DNA of 15,942 nucleotides, taken from the NCBI GenBank assembly GCA_039810425.1, contig JBDHWW010000061.1:1-15942 (forward strand), given 5' to 3'. The position numbers and the translations under genes were made by a program. The notes under the pieces were generated by a model. It ran no database searches, was not told the DNA's origin, and saw only the letters and a program-made list of their open reading frames with translations. Positions 8,408-15,029 of the stretch are shown one piece after another. Source of the stretch: Pseudobdellovibrionaceae bacterium (GTDB lineage: Bacteria > Bdellovibrionota > Bdellovibrionia > Bdellovibrionales > Bdellovibrionaceae). Position 1 is the stretch's first letter, and the number at the start of each line of letters is the position of its first letter.

Positions 8408-9357
8408 AAAATATCTTCACTAGTGCAAAAGAAAAATTTAAAAGACTCAAGAGTGGATTAAAAAATTCAGTTATCGAAGAAAATGCTTTTAGCCGGAAAT
8501 TTGATCTGAATTTCAAGACTCTTAAAATTGCGGCGATTTGCGGTATTGTCATTTTTATTACAGTTGTGTTTTTGCTTCCAACGGACGTTCCCGTTGAGTT
8601 TGCAGAAAAGATCGAGCGTTCTGAAGAAAATAAAAGTGATTCTGTTAAACCACAGGACGGCTCCCACCAAACAGAATCAGCTCAAAACCTTTGGGCGGCA
8701 CCTCAGGTTGCAGTACCTCGTGGTTCCGGTGGAAGTCAGATCAATTACAACACTTCCATGATCGTTGGCTCAAAAAATGGAAATGCTAAAACTGAGCTCA
8801 GATCTGGCATCCGTATTCCTTTAAGGCTTTTAGATAAAGTGATCTTATCTCAAGACCCAGTTCCCATCTTAGCAGAATCTATTTTGGATTCTGTTTCAGA
8901 TTCTGGGTTAATGCTTCCAGCTGGGACAAGGTTCTATGGACAAGCCAGCTTTCAAAGTGGATCAGACCGAGCCCTTATTCATTTTGATCGAATTTCTTTA
9001 CCAAGTGGGCAGATCAAAAGAATTGCAGCACTTGCATTGGATAAATCTGGCCAGCCAGGGGTCACGGGCAAAGTCTTTTCTGATGGAGTGAAGAACACGG
9101 CAGGCCAAGTGCTCACAACATTCATCGGAGGACTTGCCGCTGGAAGCATGCAAACCGACATCATGGGCAACTCGAAAGGCGGCATTGAAAACGGTCTTTT
9201 AGGAGCTGTTGCCGCCACCGCTCAGTCGCGGGCTCAAGCCTACGGAGAAAAGCTTAAAACAGAGCGCGAGTGGATTGAGCTTAATCCTGGGACTGAGTGT
9301 GACGCGGTTTTAAATGAATCTTTCAAATTACAAGAAGGAGGTGAAAGTTATGAATAA
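8398..9357 (+). CDS. virB10: VirB10/TrbI-like core complex protein
   Basis: N-terminal TM, low-complexity linker, LPAGTRFYG, RALIHFDRISLPSG, D.SG.PGVTG, Gly/Ala antenna helices and IELNPGT. Confidence 0.88.
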   Translation: MEVKNIFTSAKEKFKRLKSGLKNSVIEENAFSRKFDLNFKTLKIAAICGIVIFITVVFLLPTDVPVEFAEKIERSEENKSDSVKPQDGSHQTESAQNLWAAPQVAVPRGSGGSQINYNTSMIVGSKNGNAKTELRSGIRIPLRLLDKVILSQDPVPILAESILDSVSDSGLMLPAGTRFYGQASFQSGSDRALIHFDRISLPSGQIKRIAALALDKSGQPGVTGKVFSDGVKNTAGQVLTTFIGGLAAGSMQTDIMGNSKGGIENGLLGAVAATAQSRAQAYGEKLKTEREWIELNPGTECDAVLNESFKLQEGGESYE

Positions 9358-10996
9358 TAAATCGGAAATGTCAGATCGCGGCTTTTTAGTTCTAACGGTA
9401 GCGCTGGGGATCGGAATCCTATGGCTCCGCTATAAAATTCAGATCATGTCCTTCATTGTAAATTACAGAATCGCCGTGGCTGCTGCCATTACAATGATTT
9501 TGGTTATAGCTTTGCTGTTTGTAAGAAAAAAGATTCTGTCTAAAAATAAAGAACGCAACACTGAGCGTGATATTGTCACTCCAACGAATGGTGAAGATGC
9601 GGTTTTTGCAGGTCTATCTGCAACTGGTAACAACATTTACGTTAAACAACAGTTCCGCAGAATGCACACTCAGGTTGTCGGTACTACAAACGCCGGAAAA
9701 ACAGAGTCAGTGATTTTACCCTGGGCTATTGATGATATTAAAAAAGGCCGTGGGCTTCTTATTATAGATGGTAAGTCCGATATGAGTTTGTTAAATAAGC
9801 TCTACGCCTACGTAAAACGCCATCATCGTGAAGGTGATTTAAGAATTCTTTCACTTTGCAATGTGGGAATCAGTCACACTTTTAATCCACTTTGCGGTGG
9901 CTCCGCTCTTGAAATCACAGAACGTGTTTTTAACGCGTTTACTTTTGAAAACGAGTATTTCAAAAGTATTCAGTATGATGTGTTCCTTCATTCGCTTTTG
10001 ATGTTAGAGGCAGCTCAAATAAAACCTACACCGCTTAGAATGATTGAGTGCATGAAAAATGAAAAGGCCTTAGCTGATCTTGCCATGATGACGAAAAGCC
10101 CGCGACTTCAGATTTGGGCTGGAGATTTTTTAAAATTAAGCCGCGAGGAGCGTGAGCAACGAACAAGTGGTCTTGTGGCGCAGCTTCAAAGTTTTGCTGT
10201 GGGAGAAACAGCTCAAATTTTTAACTCTGAGATTTCCGACATCAATCTCGAACAAGCTCTTGAGCACAATGAAATCATCTACTGCCAGCTTCCGGCGTTA
10301 AAAATTCCAATATTAGGTAAAGCTACAGGAAAAATGATTCTTCAATGTTTACAAAGCGCTGTTTCGTCAAGACACCTGGGAATGTGCGAAAATCAAAGTT
10401 TCTTCTCCGTATACTTGGATGACTTCACCGAGTATTTGACTCCAAGCTTTGTCACACTCTTGAATAAATCAAGAAGTGCTAATGTTGGGATTGTTTTTGC
10501 GCACCAAGCTCTGGGCGACCTTGATGGTCTGGGTGATGGAGTTAAGAATACGATTCTGACCAACTCAAATCTTAAAGTTTTTATGCGCACGAATGAGCCC
10601 GAATCGGCTGAATATTTTTCGGCGGTCATTGGAACCTCGCAAAGCGCCAAAGTCACTGAGCGACAAACCAAGGGACTGTTTGGCTCTGAGAAAACTGGCG
10701 ACGGCTCTGTTCGTGAAGTTGAAGAGTATAAATATCATCCGAATATTTTTAAACAAGAACTCGGTGTTGGTGAGGCTGTTATGGTGTTACCACATGCCCA
10801 AGGCAGTCTGGCGGTTCGTTTGAAATTTAAGAAAAGTTTTGATCTTGATAAACCTCAAATTCCGTTGATCCAAAAATCAGAACCAATGGGTATGTTAAAG
10901 CTTGATCCTACAGTTAAAACAAATCAGCCGCAGATACTCAAGCCTCATTCTACATCTGTGATGATGGAACTTACTCAAGAAAAGAGGGCTGCGTGA
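9350..10996 (+). CDS. virD4: Type IV coupling protein (VirD4/TraD family)
   Basis: Two N-terminal TMs, HTQVVGTTNAGKT (Walker A), IIDGKSD, TFNPL, YLDDF (Walker B) and KSRSANVGIVFAHQ. SD AAGGAGGTG supports ATG 9350 rather than 9314. Confidence 0.93.
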   Translation: MNNKSEMSDRGFLVLTVALGIGILWLRYKIQIMSFIVNYRIAVAAAITMILVIALLFVRKKILSKNKERNTERDIVTPTNGEDAVFAGLSATGNNIYVKQQFRRMHTQVVGTTNAGKTESVILPWAIDDIKKGRGLLIIDGKSDMSLLNKLYAYVKRHHREGDLRILSLCNVGISHTFNPLCGGSALEITERVFNAFTFENEYFKSIQYDVFLHSLLMLEAAQIKPTPLRMIECMKNEKALADLAMMTKSPRLQIWAGDFLKLSREEREQRTSGLVAQLQSFAVGETAQIFNSEISDINLEQALEHNEIIYCQLPALKIPILGKATGKMILQCLQSAVSSRHLGMCENQSFFSVYLDDFTEYLTPSFVTLLNKSRSANVGIVFAHQALGDLDGLGDGVKNTILTNSNLKVFMRTNEPESAEYFSAVIGTSQSAKVTERQTKGLFGSEKTGDGSVREVEEYKYHPNIFKQELGVGEAVMVLPHAQGSLAVRLKFKKSFDLDKPQIPLIQKSEPMGMLKLDPTVKTNQPQILKPHSTSVMMELTQEKRAA

Positions 10997-11286
10997 TGAG
11001 AAATATATTTTTGCTTTTTTCTTTGATGATAGTCGGATGCGCTCACTCGCCTAAGTGCGGAAACCCTGAAGGGGCCAAGGTTGTTTTGGTTGGCGAAAAC
11101 TCCTGCCAAGTCCGTATTCGTCAGGTAACAATGGGCTCAGAACTCAAAATCCCGCAGTCCTTAAAAGGTGCTGCGTTAGCTGATTTTACATTGGAATGGA
11201 TCGAGCCATCCCTTGATTCTGGCAGGATTGAGTTAGGGCATTTTGTACTGGTTCCGTCATCGGCGAAAAAGGATTCCGGTTTATGA
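10993..11286 (+). CDS. TraV/VirB7-like outer-membrane lipoprotein
   Basis: Lipobox IVG|C, additional Cys residues, and C-terminal WIEP..DSG.I..GHFVLV resembling the TraV C-terminal motif. Confidence 0.65.
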   Translation: MMRNIFLLFSLMIVGCAHSPKCGNPEGAKVVLVGENSCQVRIRQVTMGSELKIPQSLKGAALADFTLEWIEPSLDSGRIELGHFVLVPSSAKKDSGL

Positions 11287-12080
11287 GAACTCCAGATAAG
11301 AAGGTCATTTCTGATTCTTTAGAATTTGCTGCCCGTTGGGGGTTTTTAACTCAAAGCCTGTTCTTTGAGTTTTTCTGCCGAATGAGCCGAGCCCAGCAGT
11401 ACAGGTACTGGAGCTACCTGACTGACAAAGGATACTTTGTTAAATCAAAGCATCATGAGCATACACTGATTCTTTCTTACCGAAGTCGTAAACTCTTGGG
11501 AGATCAAGTTCGTCCGGCGCGTTCGTATTTTTACATTGAGCATGACTCCATTGTTGCGAGGTTCTATCTTTCGTTAGCGCAAAGAGATCTATTAGGCGAT
11601 ACGTGGCTTGAAGATGAACTTATGCGAAACCCTTTAGAAGCTTATAGTGTTTTGGGATGTCAGCAGATTCAGCGGGTGCCAGATCTAGTATTTGATCTGA
11701 AAAGAAATAATGCCGCCGCTATCCGGTGCGCTTTGGAGATCGAGAAATCAACCAAGTCTAAAAGTCGTTACGCAAAAATAGCGCTTGCGTATTTGGATAT
11801 GTCAAAAGTGAGCATCTCATTGTATGGCTGCGTAAGCGAGACCACTGCAAAAGTCATTCGTTCCGCATTTAACAGTCCAGAATTTGTAGAAAGAGATAGA
11901 ATCCCCGGAACTTTTCTTTATGAAAGTTATGATGCAAGTCAGTTTAATTCTCAGGTACGATTCGCCGACAACGAAATGACTTTCCAGAATTTTATTTCTG
12001 TCGTCACTGGGCATTCATTAAGAGACCGAATTGAGAAATCAATCTCAGTATGCAAACCTCAAAAATCGGAGGCTGCATGA
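11283..12080 (+). CDS. MOBC-like / replication-relaxation family relaxase (wHTH + PD-(D/E)xK nuclease)
   Basis: PD-x17-EIEKSTKSKSRY fits the MOBC signature D-x6-17-ExE-x3-K-x3-RY. Also an EHD motif, and it lies next to the coupling protein. Confidence 0.8.
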   Translation: MRTPDKKVISDSLEFAARWGFLTQSLFFEFFCRMSRAQQYRYWSYLTDKGYFVKSKHHEHTLILSYRSRKLLGDQVRPARSYFYIEHDSIVARFYLSLAQRDLLGDTWLEDELMRNPLEAYSVLGCQQIQRVPDLVFDLKRNNAAAIRCALEIEKSTKSKSRYAKIALAYLDMSKVSISLYGCVSETTAKVIRSAFNSPEFVERDRIPGTFLYESYDASQFNSQVRFADNEMTFQNFISVVTGHSLRDRIEKSISVCKPQKSEAA

Positions 12081-12115
12081 GGAAATTCCAAAACAAATTC
12101 AATGAGATCGCGTCG

Positions 12116-12212
12116 ACCCAGTCCCGTCCCCCTAAATCTACGATTTTTCCTGACCACCCCCACCCAACGATGTTGGTTGAAGGTGGTCAGGAACCGGGGG
12201 ACGGGACTGGGT
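12116..12212. repeat. Nested inverted repeat forming a branched hairpin; candidate oriT
   Basis: Perfect 17-bp arms (12116-12132/12196-12212), perfect 12-bp arms (12147-12158/12182-12193), apical CCAAC-GAT-GTTGG and side hairpin AAATC-TAC-GATTT. The structure is seen directly; the oriT role is inferred. Confidence 0.8.
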
Positions 12213-12252
12213 GGAAGTCAGTGGAAATAAAAAATAAATAAGGAGGTGAAAT

Positions 12253-12672
12253 ATGAAGGAAGAAAAAATAAATCAGAAAACCAAAGAAAATAAAGAAGAC
12301 AGCAACGAAGTTGGAAAATTCATTCGAATAAGTGGCGAAGCTGATGAGGCATTGTCGAAGCTCCACGATGATTTGAATAAAATCGGAGATGTTGTCAGGA
12401 TTACGAAGGTGATGGTTGCGAGCTATGTGTTGGAAAAATTTTGCGCGATTTTTAGTGATGATGATTTGAAAGCTTTGTACATGAAGAACGTGTCGGAAGT
12501 GGATTTATTACGATTTGCCTATAAGCGAGCAATGGATTCTGGCGTGATGCCGGAGAATCTGCGCGAAATCCTCTTTGCAAACGCAGGCTTAACTCCTGGC
12601 CCCAAAAAAGTGAAAAAAGCTAGACAAGTCAATGGTAGCATTGCTACCATTGATGAATCGGAGGCAAGTTGA
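12253..12672 (+). CDS. Hypothetical protein, probable ribbon-helix-helix DNA-binding (relaxosome accessory-like)
   Basis: SD AAGGAGGTGA; FIRIS strand followed by two helices (EADEALSKLHDDLN; TKVMVASYVLEKF). Confidence 0.65.
   Translation: MKEEKINQKTKENKEDSNEVGKFIRISGEADEALSKLHDDLNKIGDVVRITKVMVASYVLEKFCAIFSDDDLKALYMKNVSEVDLLRFAYKRAMDSGVMPENLREILFANAGLTPGPKKVKKARQVNGSIATIDESEAS
12621..12653 (+). promoter_or_regulatory. Putative sigma70 promoter with overlapping 25-bp palindromic operator upstream of the XRE gene
   Basis: TAGACA (12621-12626), 18 nt, then TACCAT (12645-12650) with extended TG. Perfect palindrome TCAATGGTAGCA-T-TGCTACCATTGA at 12629-12653. Confidence 0.65.
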
Positions 12673-12923
12673 AACCTCAAGAGTTCAAAAAAATTCGGGA
12701 GTCTTTCGACTTAACTCAAAGTGAGCTTGCAGAATGTCTTGGCCTTACGCAAAAGACGGTAAGCCAATATGAAATGGGTTTTCGAGTGCCTGGCCCTACC
12801 GTGCAAGTGGTGATGAATACCTTGGATCGTGTTAAGCGAAATCAGCTCAAAACTCTACTCGAAATTATGAAAGAGGTATCGGAAGAGCTGAAAACGACCA
12901 AAGAAAAATGGAATCCGTCTTGA
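12669..12923 (+). CDS. XRE/Cro-family HTH transcriptional regulator
   Basis: FKKIRESFDLTQSELAECLGLTQKTVSQYEMGFRVP is a canonical HTH_3 pattern; TTG start with GGAGG. Confidence 0.92.
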   Translation: MKPQEFKKIRESFDLTQSELAECLGLTQKTVSQYEMGFRVPGPTVQVVMNTLDRVKRNQLKTLLEIMKEVSEELKTTKEKWNPS

Positions 12924-13123
12924 GACGGCCAAAGGAAAAGAAGGACTCAAAGACAATGACACAGTTGCCGCCAATCACAGTTGAATATGTAAAAGATGAG
13001 TCTCTGAACTCACAAAGACGTTGTGACGAAATTGTTGAGATCCTTTATCAGATGATGGTTCATCGGCCAAAACGAGGTCGTCCAAGAGTGAAAGATCAAG
13101 AGGAGTTTTTAGATGTCGCATAA
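12908..13123 (+). CDS. Small basic protein with AT-hook-like KRGRPR motif; candidate recombination directionality factor
   Basis: Overlaps both the XRE and integrase genes. Start uncertain (12908 or later). The function is inferred from position. Confidence 0.6.
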   Translation: MESVLRRPKEKKDSKTMTQLPPITVEYVKDESLNSQRRCDEIVEILYQMMVHRPKRGRPRVKDQEEFLDVA

Positions 13124-14900
13124 AATAGGAGCTTATCTACGTGTGAGTACCGAAGAACAAGCGGCTGCGGTCGAAGGTTCATTAGATAATCAACGCTATC
13201 GTTTAAAGGCATACGTCGATTCAAAAAACATGCAGGAAAAATCTTGGGGAAAAGTCGTTGATTTCTACGTCGATGATGGCTTTTCAGCGAAGGATACAAA
13301 TCGTCCGGCGTATCAACGAATGATGCTCGATTTGAAAAACAAGAAGATAGATTTGATTTTAGTAGCTGATCTTTCGAGGTTATCTCGTAATCTTTTAGAT
13401 TTTTGCGGTTTATTGAGTTTTTTAGAAAGGCACAAATCGGGATTTCTTTCGATCAAAGAGCAATTCGATACAAGCACTTCAATTGGCCGAATGATGGTTT
13501 ATCAAATAATCACATTGGCTCAATTTGAACGAGAACAAACATCGGAGAGAGTTGCTCTCGGTGCTCACGCACGTGGAATGCGTGGTCTTTTGAATGGTGG
13601 TCGTCCGATATTGGGTTTTGATAAAGATCCTAATAAGCCAGGCGTCTATGTCGTAAATCCCGAAGAAGCAAAAGTGGTGCGTCGTATTTTTGAATTATAT
13701 CTTGAGCAAGGGTCAAAGGCTCGCACAATTCGAAAATTGGATGAACTCGGAATTAAGCCTAAGCTAAACTTCAAATCAAAAAGTGGTTCACTCGATAGAG
13801 GTTGGTCAGTTGAGAATTTGGGGTATCTTCTTAGCAATGCAACTTATAAGGGATGCCACGAGGTTAATAAAAAAAGAAAGAGTGAAGACCAGGAATCGTT
13901 GAAACCTCATCATCGTTATCAAATTGTTAAAGCCTCTTGGCCTGCGGTGGTTTCGGATGACCTTTTTAACAAAGTTCAAGAGCAACTAGATGCGGCTAAA
14001 TCAATCGAACGTACACGCCTAGAAGGGGCAAGCCCACGTCTTTATATTTTGTCGAGTATTTTTAAATGTGCGGAGTGTGGTGAAGCTCTGGTTGGCCAGT
14101 CATACCACGGTCATGGCGGCGTATACCGATACTACGGACATACAACAAAAGGATCAAAAAATGGCTGCAAGGTGCAGAGGGTTTCTGCTGATGAAATCGA
14201 AAAAGCTGTGATTAGGTATCTCAAGGACAGCTTGGTCGATTCATCTTATTTTAAGAAGTTGCAGGCAAGATTAAAGCAGCTCACAGATCGGTCGACGACA
14301 GACTACTCTGACCAGATCAAGCATGTACAAAAAGAAATCGCCATGGTGGAGCAAGAGGCGACCAACATATTTAGAATGCAGGCTCAGGGTAACTTTGGTT
14401 CCGATGTCTTAAAGATGATGTCTGACCGATTGGAGTTGATCGCCAAGCAAAAGAACCAATATGTCGAATCTCTAAAGATGTTTGAGTCTAAGCAAAACGA
14501 TGTGTTTGATGCGGCAGAATCGGCTCAATTTATTCGATCAAGTATTGTTGAGTTCGAAAAGGGTTTTGATAAGGCTCCGATGGGGCTTAAGAAAAGACTT
14601 GTTCGTAACACCCTTAAGCAAGTTGTGTTGGCTCACGATAAATTGGCGTTTTGGTTTTTCACAGACGAAGATGAGCGGGGCTTTGGGCAGCGCCATTTGA
14701 AATTAGTTCGAGATGAGTCGAGTGAGGTCGGTGTTTCTTTGGCTTCGGGGGCTGATTTCGCGGTTTCTAATCTGTCGGTACAAGGTTTGGATATTGGTAA
14801 AATTGGTGATGCTGGCACGACTCGAACGTGCGACCTATTGCTTAGAAGGTCTATGTCTTATCCACCCGTATCAATTCTTTATGTGATTTCATTGGGTTAG
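13113..14900 (+). CDS. Large serine recombinase (integrase)
   Basis: YLRVST catalytic Ser, DDGFSAKDTNRPAY, DLSRLSRN, recombinase domain (NPEEAKVVRRIFELY...WPAVVSDDLF), zinc ribbon CAECG...H...C and coiled coil. Confidence 0.95.
   Translation: MSHKIGAYLRVSTEEQAAAVEGSLDNQRYRLKAYVDSKNMQEKSWGKVVDFYVDDGFSAKDTNRPAYQRMMLDLKNKKIDLILVADLSRLSRNLLDFCGLLSFLERHKSGFLSIKEQFDTSTSIGRMMVYQIITLAQFEREQTSERVALGAHARGMRGLLNGGRPILGFDKDPNKPGVYVVNPEEAKVVRRIFELYLEQGSKARTIRKLDELGIKPKLNFKSKSGSLDRGWSVENLGYLLSNATYKGCHEVNKKRKSEDQESLKPHHRYQIVKASWPAVVSDDLFNKVQEQLDAAKSIERTRLEGASPRLYILSSIFKCAECGEALVGQSYHGHGGVYRYYGHTTKGSKNGCKVQRVSADEIEKAVIRYLKDSLVDSSYFKKLQARLKQLTDRSTTDYSDQIKHVQKEIAMVEQEATNIFRMQAQGNFGSDVLKMMSDRLELIAKQKNQYVESLKMFESKQNDVFDAAESAQFIRSSIVEFEKGFDKAPMGLKKRLVRNTLKQVVLAHDKLAFWFFTDEDERGFGQRHLKLVRDESSEVGVSLASGADFAVSNLSVQGLDIGKIGDAGTTRTCDLLLRRSMSYPPVSILYVISLG
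14804..14849 (-). other. 3' half of tRNA-Arg(UCU): attachment-site fragment, not a complete tRNA
   Basis: Minus strand C-CTTCTAA-GCAAT-AGGTC-GCACG-TTCGAGT-CGTGC-CAGCATC-A-CCA: anticodon loop with TCT, perfect T-arm and CCA end. The 5' anticodon-stem strand (expected ATTGC, seen TAGAC) and the 5' acceptor strand are absent. Confidence 0.88.
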
Positions 14901-15029
14901 TCAATGAGCGAAACTGTCCCGACGAAGGGCGGTAGTGAGGTCATTTTGTTTATGGTGTTCTGGAAGTAAGAGAGGGCCGGAAAATCAGAGAATTTTTGGA
15001 CTCCTGAAAATTACCGAAAAGCCCGATAT

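Larger units (their letters stand above)
279..14849. mobile_element. Integrative conjugative element (T4SS + coupling protein + MOBC-like relaxase + large serine integrase) abutting a tRNA-Arg att site; left boundary not seen
   Basis: Contiguous VirB2/3/4/5/6/8/9/10-VirD4-relaxase-XRE-LSR gene order ending in a tRNA 3' fragment. No matching att copy was found in 1-278, so the left coordinate is a minimum. Confidence 0.85.

Noticed and set aside
12050..12241. 63-aa ORF as a bona fide protein
   Set aside because: Its sequence is dictated by the GC-rich hairpin (Pro-rich then Gly-rich). Noted only as a possible regulatory ORF from ATG 12077.
14804..14880. Complete tRNA-Arg gene
   Set aside because: Only one anticodon-stem pair can form, and the 5' acceptor strand (expected GATGCTG) is absent. 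Treated as an att fragment.
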